From the UHGV virus genome UHGV-0371537: a stretch of 64,000 nucleotides of DNA, one strand, 5' to 3'. Origin of the DNA: a virus. A program made the translations under genes and the position numbers. Positions 34,872 to 44,379 of the stretch are shown in pieces (position 1 is the stretch's first letter; each line of letters opens with the position of its first letter). The notes beneath the pieces were generated by a model. It was not told the origin of the DNA. It saw only the letters and a list, made by a program, of their open reading frames with translations, and searched no databases.

Positions 34872-36650
34872 ATGGCCACACAAACAGTTCCCTCACTCGA
34901 TGTCAGAACATACGAGTTCCTTCTTAAGAAGCGAATGAAAGCAGACCCGACCTTCAAAGACTATGATTTTGAAGGTTCCGGCCTCAGTGCCATCATTCGC
35001 CTCTTGGCCTCGGATGCCAATGCCGTCGGGTTCATGCAGAACATGCTGAATGGCGAAAGCCATCTTCACTCTGCCCAACAGCGTTCCAACGTCGGTCTTG
35101 CGGCGGGGTTCCTTTCATACACCCCTGACAACTACAAGGCTGCGTTCCTGTATGCCAACGTAACAGTCACACCGTATGATCCAACAACTGCCCCTGAAAC
35201 GATCGTAATCGATCGACGTGCGATGTTTATTGGTGCAAAGGATGGCAAGTCATACAACTTCACTGTCGAAGCCCCGGCGAGTGCTACTTTGGTGGATGGG
35301 TCTTACAAGTTTGAAAACCTGAAACTGATCCAGGGCAACTGGCTGTACAAGTCATATGATGTCGAAGGAAGTGCGATCTCGTCTTATGTGATCCCTTCTT
35401 CAACTGTAGACATCAATCATATGGTGGTACAGGTGGCGGCTTCGGATACAGCCGATGAGACCAGCACGTACTCTCGTTATGTCAGCCCATTTGACCTGAG
35501 TCAATATGCTCAGCTCTACTTTGTGGAACTTGGCCTGGATGGGATGTACACCTTCGAATTTGGAGATGGGTACATCTGCAAACGTGTGGAAGATGGGAAC
35601 GTCATATATCTACAGTACCTGGAAACGTCTGGCGAAGATGGCAACGACATCACCTCTTTGTCTTCAGCTTCTTCCATCGGTGGATTCAACCTCGTGGATG
35701 TTGAACTGGTGTCCGAGCGTTCTTCCGGTGGTGCGCCACCAGAAAGTATCGAAGACACGAAACGCCTTGCTCCTCTGGCCTACCAGGCCGAGGGCGCGGC
35801 TGTAGCTGAGATGGATTACGCTGTTCTAACAGAACGCTTGTTCTCCAATGTGTCACGCGCCAAAGCATATGGCGGAGATACGCTCTCTCCTCCCGACTCC
35901 GGCTATGTCTACATTGCTGTCATCCCTACTACTGGTGAGTCACTTTCGGACGCGGAGAAGGCAGATATCGTGGCGACGTTAGATAAGTACAACGTTGGCA
36001 CCATCACACCAAAGATCGTCAACGCCGACATCACGTATATCGACGTGACAACAACGGTGTTCTGGGATTCAACATCTACAGCATACAACGAAGAGCAATT
36101 GAAAACCGTTGTTGTAAACGGGGTGCAAAACTGGGGCGCATCTAATCTTGAAGGGTTCGAAGAGTTGTTCGACAAAGAGCAACTGCAAGAAGCCATCACC
36201 AAGATGGATCGTTCTATCGCTTCCAACATCGCTTCGGTGAAATACAAACGTCACTTTAAACCAGATTACGGCGTTCTGGATAGTTTCACTTTCGATTTCG
36301 ACAGATCTATCGCTTCTGGTTCGGTGCGCATCAGTGGGTTTAAACCTCTTCCGGCTGAAGTTGATTTCACGTACTACATACGAGACGTCAATGGTGTGTT
36401 GAATATGTACAAGGTGAGCACCGCCGACACGACGAAAGAATATCTTGTACAGGCTGTGGGTACTGTAGACTATGTGAATGGTGTTGTGGAATTACAGCAG
36501 ATCACAGTTTCGAATTACAACGCCGAAGGAGTAACGATTGTGGTGTCTCCTGATGGACTGAACCAGAACCTACAGGCTGTGCAGAACCAGGTGCTCCGCA
36601 TCGGTGCAGTAACTGTCCTGCCGGAGGTGCGCTATGTCCAAAGATCTTAA
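34872..36650 (+). CDS. gp6: baseplate wedge protein (T4 gp6 / P2 gpJ-like)
   Basis: N-terminal FKDYDFEGSGLSAIIRLLA matches the T4 gp6 N-terminal region (FLDYDFEGSRLNVL) as I recall it; start set to the ATG preceded by GGAG (ORF track begins at an in-frame GTG at 34857). Confidence 0.8.
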   Translation: MATQTVPSLDVRTYEFLLKKRMKADPTFKDYDFEGSGLSAIIRLLASDANAVGFMQNMLNGESHLHSAQQRSNVGLAAGFLSYTPDNYKAAFLYANVTVTPYDPTTAPETIVIDRRAMFIGAKDGKSYNFTVEAPASATLVDGSYKFENLKLIQGNWLYKSYDVEGSAISSYVIPSSTVDINHMVVQVAASDTADETSTYSRYVSPFDLSQYAQLYFVELGLDGMYTFEFGDGYICKRVEDGNVIYLQYLETSGEDGNDITSLSSASSIGGFNLVDVELVSERSSGGAPPESIEDTKRLAPLAYQAEGAAVAEMDYAVLTERLFSNVSRAKAYGGDTLSPPDSGYVYIAVIPTTGESLSDAEKADIVATLDKYNVGTITPKIVNADITYIDVTTTVFWDSTSTAYNEEQLKTVVVNGVQNWGASNLEGFEELFDKEQLQEAITKMDRSIASNIASVKYKRHFKPDYGVLDSFTFDFDRSIASGSVRISGFKPLPAEVDFTYYIRDVNGVLNMYKVSTADTTKEYLVQAVGTVDYVNGVVELQQITVSNYNAEGVTIVVSPDGLNQNLQAVQNQVLRIGAVTVLPEVRYVQRS

Positions 36651-37488
36651 TAACGGCCACAACGGGGTAAAGTATGAGACTCCGTTGTTCTACCAGAACG
36701 AGTTCCCGGCGTTCATTGAGTTCATGGACACTTTCTTCAATTGGTTGTACCGCCAGCAGGGGTTCACTGAAGAAGAGATCTTGTCTTATCTTGCGGAGCC
36801 AGATGCTTGGGTGAACCCGAACACCGAAGATTCACCCCTTGAGCAGCTGATTGATATCAAGAAACGAAAGACTCCGGGAACCGAAGCCAAGGATTTCTTG
36901 GAAGACAAGTTCCTGACCCGCACGTTTGAAAACATGATGGCGCTTGATGCAGAAGAACTCTTGGACGCAGATGGTCGACCGCTCATATCTATGGAAGATA
37001 AGAATGAACGTATCGATGATTGGTATAGCGACTTCGGTTTCCAGAGAACGGTTGACAAGAACTTCCTTGAATTCGGACACTTTGTACCAGTGGGTTCAGA
37101 TTCACTTGTGACATCTGATGGAGACACGTTTTCTGTTTTCGTGGCCGGGGTTCGACGCCGAACCCTGGACCATGTTCGTTGGTTGAAGTTGCTGAAACAT
37201 ATCTACCGTATTCGTGGGACGAAGAAAGCTATCGAACTGTTCTTCTGGATTTACTTTGGATGTCCTGTGTCTGTATACTATCCAAAGGAAGAGATCGGCG
37301 GCCTGGATGATAACTTTGAATGTGATGGCGCAACCGGGATGCGTGATGACTATTACTATGATGAATTCACTTATGTGATAAGAGTTCCTGGCGACGTATC
37401 TGATTTTGAAGGCGTATTTGAACGCGTCTTCCGTCAGCATTTCCATCCTGCTGGGTTTACCGTATTCCTGGAAAGTTCAAGGAGTTAA
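36634..37488 (+). CDS. baseplate / tail-fibre-associated protein (P2 gpI-like position)
   Basis: 284-aa ORF overlapping the gp6 stop; assigned by position only. Confidence 0.45.
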   Translation: MSKDLNNGHNGVKYETPLFYQNEFPAFIEFMDTFFNWLYRQQGFTEEEILSYLAEPDAWVNPNTEDSPLEQLIDIKKRKTPGTEAKDFLEDKFLTRTFENMMALDAEELLDADGRPLISMEDKNERIDDWYSDFGFQRTVDKNFLEFGHFVPVGSDSLVTSDGDTFSVFVAGVRRRTLDHVRWLKLLKHIYRIRGTKKAIELFFWIYFGCPVSVYYPKEEIGGLDDNFECDGATGMRDDYYYDEFTYVIRVPGDVSDFEGVFERVFRQHFHPAGFTVFLESSRS

Positions 37489-37490
37489 AA

Positions 37491-38702
37491 ATGGCCGATT
37501 TCCTGAGTCAATATACAGGTCAGCAGATTGATGCAATACTTGGTTCTGTTGACGACAAAGTAAGTAAGAATGATGTTATCAACGATTTCGCCGTTGATGA
37601 CCCGTTGTTTCCTCCGTCAGCTCATTTGACATATGAGCTGAAGCGTTCTGTGGATAATATCTACGACATACTGGAAAACAAAGTGATCCGCACCGACGGT
37701 GGTGAACAAACTATCAACGGGCGGAAGACTTTTGCCGCAGAAATCCGAGCCAATGCTGGTGTCAGTATCCCTACGGGGAAGAAACTTACCATCACAGATG
37801 AGCCAGTTGATTCCACTGATGGCGTCAATCTGTCTATGCTGCGCAAGCACGGCGTGAGTGAAGACACTGCCGGGGTTAACTCTGGTCTGAAAATCGAGTT
37901 GTTACCTGGTGGCTACAACAAACTCACTTTCGATGGCACAAATCTGGCCACTTACTCTGGTACTGGTGTGCCAACTACCATGTTACTGGTGAGTGGAACC
38001 GACACTGTCAAGTACGACACATCTGCGTTTGTGACTTCTATCTTCAATGATACGCGTTTCAACGCTTATCTGAAGGTTGTTGATTATGATGCCGATATGT
38101 TGGATATCCAGTCTCAGTTCAACACTGTCAACACCACTCTGGCTGCGAAGGTCAACACGTCGACTTACAACTCCAAGATGTCTAGCCTGGACACCAGTAT
38201 ACTGGATCTGACGAACAACAAAGTGAACGTCAGTACGTATAACACGAAGATGGCGGCGTTGGACAGTTCCATCAGTGGCATTCAGAGTGATATCGGCACG
38301 ATCAATACCACGTTGTCTGGAAAGGTCAACACATCGACCTACAACGCCAAAATGACAAGCCTGGACGCCGACATTGCTGCCCGTGTGAAGATCGGGAAGA
38401 CCAACCCAAGCGGTATCACTGTCTCTGCTTCTGGGAACTCTGCGTTGCCCGACTTCGATTTGGTGAACCTTTGCCAGGTGTTGATCAGTGCACAATGGGG
38501 TACAGGCAACGTCGTGGATACGTACCGCGTGACGATCACCCGTGACGGGACTATCAAGTCTGAGCTGTTGGTACAGAAGTCCACTTCCGGTACGGTGACA
38601 TTCGCGGGTTCTGTAGTGTCTTCAAAACTTCGTTTGACGATAACAAATGCGAACACGACGACTGCTTGCTCCGTTGACTACAATCTAGTCGCTTCTTTCT
38701 AA
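37491..38702 (+). CDS. tail fibre protein with internal tandem repeats
   Basis: 403 aa; N-terminal tail-fibre-like segment (TDGGEQTINGRKTFAAEIRANAGVSIP); repeated KVNTSTYN-x-KM-x-SLD units. Confidence 0.6.
   Translation: MADFLSQYTGQQIDAILGSVDDKVSKNDVINDFAVDDPLFPPSAHLTYELKRSVDNIYDILENKVIRTDGGEQTINGRKTFAAEIRANAGVSIPTGKKLTITDEPVDSTDGVNLSMLRKHGVSEDTAGVNSGLKIELLPGGYNKLTFDGTNLATYSGTGVPTTMLLVSGTDTVKYDTSAFVTSIFNDTRFNAYLKVVDYDADMLDIQSQFNTVNTTLAAKVNTSTYNSKMSSLDTSILDLTNNKVNVSTYNTKMAALDSSISGIQSDIGTINTTLSGKVNTSTYNAKMTSLDADIAARVKIGKTNPSGITVSASGNSALPDFDLVNLCQVLISAQWGTGNVVDTYRVTITRDGTIKSELLVQKSTSGTVTFAGSVVSSKLRLTITNANTTTACSVDYNLVASF
38136..38361 (+). repeat. in-frame tandem repeats (about 25-aa units) inside the tail fibre gene
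   Basis: Peptide repeats AAKVNTSTYNSKMSSLDTSI / NNKVNVSTYNTKMAALDSSI / SGKVNTSTYNAKMTSLDADI. Confidence 0.5.
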
Positions 38703-38710
38703 AGTGAAAA

Positions 38711-38751
38711 CTAAATACCCCTAGATGAAACGAACACATTTAGGGGTATTT
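38711..38751 (+). promoter_or_regulatory. late-promoter-like CTAAATA followed by an 11-bp inverted repeat (AAATACCCCTA / TAGGGGTATTT) upstream of tailspike 4
   Basis: Read directly in sequence; the same module recurs upstream of other late genes. Confidence 0.5.
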
Positions 38752-38754
38752 GAA

Positions 38755-41736
38755 ATGGCTAATAAACCAACACAGCCTGTTTTCCCTCTCGGTCTGGCGG
38801 CTGAAGAGCAGTCTACTTTGGCTGGTGTCCTCAACACGGGTACGATTGAGCATGGACCAGATGCTGTCCTGACTTTACCAGAGGGTAATGCCAGCGCAGG
38901 ACTCCCGTCTTCCGTTCGCTACAATGCCGACTCCGACGAATTTGAGGGCTTCTATGAAAATGGTGGATGGTTGCCGCTGGGTGGCGGTGGTATCCGCTGG
39001 GAAGTCCTTCCGCATGCCTCTACGGCAACGCTCACTGAAGGGCGAGGCTATCTCATTAATAATACCACAGGGGCATCTACAGTGGTTCTCCCTTCCCCTA
39101 CGCGTATTGGGGATTCCGTTACTATTTGTGATGCTTATGGGAAATTTGCCACTTACCCATTGACCGTGTCTCCTTCTGGAAATAATTTGTATGGCTCCAC
39201 TGAAGACATGGCTATAACAACTGATAACGTATCAGCAACGTTCACTTGGTCTGGACCTGAACAAGGTTGGATTATTACATCCGGCGTCGGTCTTGGCCAA
39301 GGTCGTGTCTACAGTCGTGAAATCTTTACAAAAATTTTGGCGTCTGAAACAAGTTCTGTCGCTCTCAATACTCCACCAACAATTGTGGACGTGTATGCTG
39401 ACGGAAAACGTCTTGCGGAATCCAAATATTCACTAGATGGGAATGTAATCACTTTCAGTCCTTCTTTGCCAGCCAACACAGAACTTCAGGTGATTGAATA
39501 TACTCCTATTCAATTGGGTAATGTCAGTGGTTCTGGTTCTTCTACGATTACCTGGGTCTATAATGGGGGTTCAGCGATTGGTGGTGAAACCGAAATCACG
39601 TTGGACGTCGTTGTTGATGATGTTCCGGCCATTGATATAAACGGAAGTCGCCAGTATAAAAATCTGGGATTCACATTCGATCCATTAACCAGTAAAATCA
39701 CTCTTGCGCAAGAACTGGAACCAGAGGATGAAGTTGTTGTAATTATCAATGGAACACCAAACATCTATAATCAAATTGATTATACTTTGCGGGAAGTTGC
39801 TCGAGCAACCAATGTTAAAGATACAGAGGTCGTTTATTTTAGTGTTGGTGCTGCGTTAAGTGGGTATAAAGTTATTTATGACAAGGAGACGCAAAGGGCT
39901 TATCCCTTGCCTGCTGATATTGTCCCTGGTACTACTGCTGTCAGTCTTAGTTCTTCCGCTATACTTGTGCATTCTGCTGGTAGTGTTGATCTGGGCGCAT
40001 TAGCTGTATCTCGTGAAGAATATGTTACATTGTCTGGGACATTTGATTCTGGTGCTGTCATCAATGTTAAAAATGAATTACTCACCCATACTGATGGAAA
40101 GTATCGTTGGGATGGTACACTTCCTAAAACCGTTGCTCCTGGCTCAACTCTTATGACAACAGGCGGCGTTGGTGTTGGCGCATGGATTAGTGTTGGTGAT
40201 GCTTCATTGAAGTCAGAATTGGCTAAACCTACAGGAGCAGGTTTTTCAGGTTTTGATAAGTCAATTGATTACGAAACTGGTACTGTTGGCAATGCGCTTA
40301 AGAAAATTATAAATGTCAACCCGGATATGTATCCATCATTACAGGATGCGATTGATGCTGCGGCAGCTTTAACAGGTTTAGAACATGCACCAAGTAGTGC
40401 TGCTAACCATCCTGACTGGCTACAACCTAACACTGTAAGCAAAGTTATCAGGCTGAATGGGAAGAAATATCCTATCAGTACGACACTACACATTCACGGA
40501 GATGTTAGCATTGATGCTGGTTTCGGTGGGGTGTACCTCACCGATGACTTCGTTGCAGACTCCTCTGGCTATGCTGTTAAATGCGATAAAGGGACGGGTA
40601 ATCAATACGCTGGGCATATCAGCAACTTATTAATTGATGCCCGTGCAAAAACTGTTAATGGGTTTAAGATATCCGATGGCTATGCTAACAAGTTAGAAGG
40701 CATTTACGTAGCCAACGTTGATGGTCATGGCATCCATATTGCTGGCGGTATGGGTGTGCACCTATTGAAGTTTTATGCTGTTGGTGTATTAAAACCAACT
40801 AATCCGCTCAGCACAGCCCACATTGTTGAAGGTAGCGATCATCAGGTTAGCATGGGTGAAGGTCGTTATTTCCGATTTGGTACCTGGGTTCGTGGTGGTG
40901 GTAATAACAGAATTGGTAAGGTGCACAACTGGGGCATGTATGACGATACAGTCACCGACCAGAACTCAAGGATGAAATGCTGCTTTGTTGTACAGAACTC
41001 AATAAACAATTCCTTCAATCAATGTTTTGCAGATTCTCCATCAAAATGGGACTACACGAAAGCTAATTTAGATCCTGTAGATGGTTATATTAACGGCGGG
41101 ATTGGTTTTTTTATTGATGGTGGAGCCACCGGTAATACGTTCTCTCAATGCCAGACGTTTGTGAATATGAATGCGTTTAATGACGCAGGGTTATCTGCAT
41201 ATGCGGCATCACTAATGCCATTCGCCGTTGGCAGTATCAATTGCTCATTCATTGAGTGTGAAAACTCAAACTCACCAGCATGGGTGGCAAGACTGATAAC
41301 TCATATTTACTCTGTGGATCAGGCATTTACTAACATACTCGCAGCTAAGAATTTTGTTGGTATAGAGTATGATATGGTTTGCAATGGTACAATTTTCAGG
41401 AAAAATGTTGGAGTTCCTGTATTGGTAAGAAATTCAAAGTTCGAGACGCCAACAGCAAGTTATGCGCCTAACTTTTCAGACGCATCTTACATCGCAGCTA
41501 CAGTTACAGGAGATGTAACAATAACACCAGCAGTATTAACAAATACACTAATTGGTTATGTTGAGGTTCTTTTGGCTGTCTATTCAACAACATCTAAAAC
41601 AATAACATTTGGTGCAAATGTTATATTAGCAAGTAGTACCCCATCTTTGACAGCAGCTGGAACACAAGTTTTTAGGTTGTCAACAACTGATGGAGGAACG
41701 ACTTGGTTCTGTAAGTTCGAGAGTGCTTACCCGTAA
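38755..41736 (+). CDS. tailspike / tail fibre protein, paralogue 4 (extended N-terminal anchor region plus shared module plus distinct C-terminal domain)
   Basis: Contains the about 150-aa module shared by all four paralogues (VVYFSVGAALSGYKVIYDKETQRAYPLP...GKYRWDGTLPKTV...GAWISVG); Gly/Asn-rich C-terminal region; start set to the ATG after the inverted repeat (ORF track begins at 38725). Confidence 0.75.
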   Translation: MANKPTQPVFPLGLAAEEQSTLAGVLNTGTIEHGPDAVLTLPEGNASAGLPSSVRYNADSDEFEGFYENGGWLPLGGGGIRWEVLPHASTATLTEGRGYLINNTTGASTVVLPSPTRIGDSVTICDAYGKFATYPLTVSPSGNNLYGSTEDMAITTDNVSATFTWSGPEQGWIITSGVGLGQGRVYSREIFTKILASETSSVALNTPPTIVDVYADGKRLAESKYSLDGNVITFSPSLPANTELQVIEYTPIQLGNVSGSGSSTITWVYNGGSAIGGETEITLDVVVDDVPAIDINGSRQYKNLGFTFDPLTSKITLAQELEPEDEVVVIINGTPNIYNQIDYTLREVARATNVKDTEVVYFSVGAALSGYKVIYDKETQRAYPLPADIVPGTTAVSLSSSAILVHSAGSVDLGALAVSREEYVTLSGTFDSGAVINVKNELLTHTDGKYRWDGTLPKTVAPGSTLMTTGGVGVGAWISVGDASLKSELAKPTGAGFSGFDKSIDYETGTVGNALKKIINVNPDMYPSLQDAIDAAAALTGLEHAPSSAANHPDWLQPNTVSKVIRLNGKKYPISTTLHIHGDVSIDAGFGGVYLTDDFVADSSGYAVKCDKGTGNQYAGHISNLLIDARAKTVNGFKISDGYANKLEGIYVANVDGHGIHIAGGMGVHLLKFYAVGVLKPTNPLSTAHIVEGSDHQVSMGEGRYFRFGTWVRGGGNNRIGKVHNWGMYDDTVTDQNSRMKCCFVVQNSINNSFNQCFADSPSKWDYTKANLDPVDGYINGGIGFFIDGGATGNTFSQCQTFVNMNAFNDAGLSAYAASLMPFAVGSINCSFIECENSNSPAWVARLITHIYSVDQAFTNILAAKNFVGIEYDMVCNGTIFRKNVGVPVLVRNSKFETPTASYAPNFSDASYIAATVTGDVTITPAVLTNTLIGYVEVLLAVYSTTSKTITFGANVILASSTPSLTAAGTQVFRLSTTDGGTTWFCKFESAYP

Positions 41737-41798
41737 AACTAACCCCCTCTTCGGCAGGGTTCTTGTTATACCTTTGTTCATAAATTTATTAGTTCAGC

Positions 41799-41836
41799 CT
41801 AAATACCCCATATTGGTCATCCTTTATGGGGTATTA
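41799..41836 (+). promoter_or_regulatory. late-promoter-like CTAAATA plus inverted repeat (TACCCCATA / TATGGGGTA) upstream of tailspike 3
   Basis: Near-identical to the module at 44337-44373. Confidence 0.5.
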
Positions 41837-41838
41837 TC

Positions 41839-43788
41839 ATGATTTCTCAATTCAATCAACCACGCGGCTCCACTTCCATAGAAGTTAACAAACAATCTAT
41901 CGCTCGAAATTTCGGTGTCAAAGAAGACGAAGTCGTTTATTTCACTGCTGGTATTGATCTCAGTGGATTTAAAGTAATTTATAATGAGTCTACCCAACGG
42001 GCTTATTCTCTTCCTTCAGGTATTGTTTCAGGAACGACTGCTGTTAGTCTTAGTGCTAACGCTGTTCTTATGCACTCAGCTGGTTCTATAGACCTCGGAG
42101 AATTAGCCGTATCTCGTGAAGAATACGTTACATTGCCTGGGTCATTCACCTCGGGTGCTACGCTTAATGTTAAAAATGAATTGCTTACCCATACAACAGG
42201 CAAGTATCGCTGGGACGGGGAATTTCCTAAAACCGTTTCTGCAGGTTCTACCCCTGAATCTGCTGGTGGTGTTGGTCCTAGTGCGTGGGTTAGTGTTGGT
42301 GTTGCTTCTTTAAGAGCAGACCTGGAAAAACCAACAGGGGCAGGATTGATTGGATTTGGCTGTTCTCCATATATAAATAGAAATATTGGAGATGTTCTCC
42401 AGGATATACCAACGAACAAATATTTTGGTGCAAAGTGTGATGGCGTAACTGATGATACTGTAGCTAACCAAACTGCACTTGATTGGTCTGCTGACAATAA
42501 AAGAGATGTTATTTTTGTTGGAAAAAGCTGCATAACAAGCAGACTTGTACACAATTCAGGCTCCAGGGTAACACATCTTGGAGAGATCAAACCTCGTGAT
42601 TTTTCTGATGATGTTGTTATTGAGGTAAAGGACGATGCGTGGCGTGATCCTTACAATGATGGAATAACAGCAATCGATACTGGCGATAGAGTTCATATTG
42701 ATGGTCTATGTATTGCCCCTGACTCTGTAATAGATGCTGTTGGTATTCTTGGCACTGATGGAGTGGATCCGATCATATCAAGATTAAGAACATTCAACAT
42801 GAGAAGGGGAGGAATTAAGATTGTTAAGGGGTATGGATGGAACATATCAAACATTTCAATCATTGCACCTTTTGATCAAAATAACTCTCATGATTATGCA
42901 GGAATTAGGCATGAAACGTCAGATTCATTTTATTCTAGCGTTATAGTTTCAGGATATACTACTGGACTTGATATGCCTGGAAATGCTAATCAAGTATCAA
43001 AGGCCCACTGCTGGGGAATGTCATTACCAGATAGAACCACTCGTAATATGTTATTCGGCCTTAAAATGAGCGGTAGTGGTAATAACGTAGTGCAATTCTA
43101 TTCTGATTCTCCTAAAAAAATTGATAAAACACAAGCTGCAAGCATTACAAATGGTGGGATTGGCTATGTAATTTCTGGTTTTAACAACACATTTTTATCA
43201 CCTAGGAACCTATCTCATCAGGATTGTGGCTTGAAATATGGTAAGGTTTTTCTGATATCTGGTTCTGAGAATACCTTTATTAGCCCCTTAATAGGTGATT
43301 ATGACTACATTGAAGATGATGGATTTTTCACATTTACAGATTCGGCAAGCCCGCTAAACAACTATGTTTATGGTGGCAACATGCAATCTACATATTTGTA
43401 CCCAATTGCAAGTGGTAGCTATAAACCAACTGTAAACATCCCATGCACATACAGCTCTCAAATATATAACCATAATATCATTCAGAAAAATGTTATGGGA
43501 AGAGTTGTTATTACATGCAATATTACAAGTAATTCATCCGACGATCCATTCTATATACAACTGCCACCTTATCTATCAGCTGTATCTGGGATGGCAAGTG
43601 GATCAATAATTAACAACCTTACATCGTCAGTAAGAGCTGATAGCAACCTTTTTGCAGTCGAACCTTATGTTTCAAATGGTAAAATCTACTTCCGTAGATT
43701 ATTTAGATCTGGAGCTGCTGATGATATAAAGCAAAATATGCTTAACACAGGTAATGCTTTCTTTGATATATCAATAAATGCAAGATAA
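41839..43788 (+). CDS. tailspike protein, paralogue 3 (shared module at N-terminus plus distinct C-terminal domain)
   Basis: N-terminal region VVYFTAGIDLSGFKVIYNESTQRAYSLP...GKYRWDGEFPKTV homologous to the other three paralogues. Confidence 0.75.
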   Translation: MISQFNQPRGSTSIEVNKQSIARNFGVKEDEVVYFTAGIDLSGFKVIYNESTQRAYSLPSGIVSGTTAVSLSANAVLMHSAGSIDLGELAVSREEYVTLPGSFTSGATLNVKNELLTHTTGKYRWDGEFPKTVSAGSTPESAGGVGPSAWVSVGVASLRADLEKPTGAGLIGFGCSPYINRNIGDVLQDIPTNKYFGAKCDGVTDDTVANQTALDWSADNKRDVIFVGKSCITSRLVHNSGSRVTHLGEIKPRDFSDDVVIEVKDDAWRDPYNDGITAIDTGDRVHIDGLCIAPDSVIDAVGILGTDGVDPIISRLRTFNMRRGGIKIVKGYGWNISNISIIAPFDQNNSHDYAGIRHETSDSFYSSVIVSGYTTGLDMPGNANQVSKAHCWGMSLPDRTTRNMLFGLKMSGSGNNVVQFYSDSPKKIDKTQAASITNGGIGYVISGFNNTFLSPRNLSHQDCGLKYGKVFLISGSENTFISPLIGDYDYIEDDGFFTFTDSASPLNNYVYGGNMQSTYLYPIASGSYKPTVNIPCTYSSQIYNHNIIQKNVMGRVVITCNITSNSSDDPFYIQLPPYLSAVSGMASGSIINNLTSSVRADSNLFAVEPYVSNGKIYFRRLFRSGAADDIKQNMLNTGNAFFDISINAR

Positions 43789-43792
43789 ATAA

Positions 43793-43821
43793 GTAGAGCA
43801 GCAACATGATTGCTGCTCTAC
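43793..43821 (+). terminator. rho-independent terminator after tailspike 3
   Basis: GTAGAGCAGCAACATGATTGCTGCTCTAC hairpin followed by TTTCTC. Confidence 0.6.
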
Positions 43822-43849
43822 TTTCTCATACAACCTAATTGAAGTTAGT

Positions 43850-43977
43850 GGGTATATTACAGGAGGTAAAATATTCTTTAGAAGGTTATTCAGAAGCGGC
43901 TCTCCTGTTGATGTTCAGATAACAGATCTGATAACAGGTTATGCATCAATAGACTTGAGCTTTACTTGCCAGCTATA
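43850..43977 (+). pseudogene. remnant of a tailspike 3' end (second copy of the C-terminal about 40 codons)
   Basis: Translates to ...GGKIFFRRLFRSGSPVDVQITDLITGYASIDLSFTCQL*, homologous to the C-terminus of the upstream tailspike (...NGKIYFRRLFRSGAADDIKQNMLNTGNAFFDISINAR*). Confidence 0.5.
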
Positions 43978-43982
43978 AACAA

Positions 43983-44002
43983 AAACCCCGCTTCGGCGGG
44001 GT
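43983..44002 (+). terminator. terminator hairpin AACCCCGCTTCGGCGGGGTT (copy 1)
   Basis: Perfect GC-rich hairpin with TTCG loop; a second near-identical copy lies about 295 nt downstream. Confidence 0.55.
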
Positions 44003-44278
44003 TAGTTTTATCATCAGAATGGTATTGAATCACTGTTGGTAATAGTAGGCTCATTGCCTCTTGGTTGGTTTGGATGCTGTTCAGTATAACCGGTTCCAAC
44101 CAAACCAATGAGGCAGTGGGTAAGGGGGGTTTTTGTTGTACCCCAAACAATTCATTAGGTAGACTGTTTTAGTCAATTACGACTTAACTAACCTGAGAAA
44201 ATCCCTATGGGAAATGAACCAGATAACGTAACTCTAGCCAGACTCGAAGAGAGACTGAGAAACATTTTCGAAAACCAA

Positions 44279-44298
44279 AACCCCGCTTCGGCGGGGTT
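44279..44298 (+). terminator. terminator hairpin AACCCCGCTTCGGCGGGGTT (copy 2)
   Basis: Same hairpin as 43983-44002, followed by the conserved late-promoter cassette. Confidence 0.55.
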
Positions 44299-44336
44299 CT
44301 TATTATATCCATGTTCATAAATTTTATTAGTTCAGG

Positions 44337-44373
44337 CTAAATACCCCATATTGGCAAATCCTCTATGGGGTAT
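44337..44373 (+). promoter_or_regulatory. late-promoter-like CTAAATA plus inverted repeat upstream of tailspike 2
   Basis: CTAAATACCCCATATTGG-N-TATGGGGTAT, as upstream of tailspike 3. Confidence 0.5.
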
Positions 44374-44379
44374 CTTCAA

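Noticed and set aside
43983-44298. Direct repeats of AACCCCGCTTCGGCGGGGTT considered as a possible CRISPR-like array.
   Set aside because: Only two copies, about 295 nt apart, each a self-complementary terminator hairpin; no regular short spacers. Interpreted as duplicated terminator cassettes.
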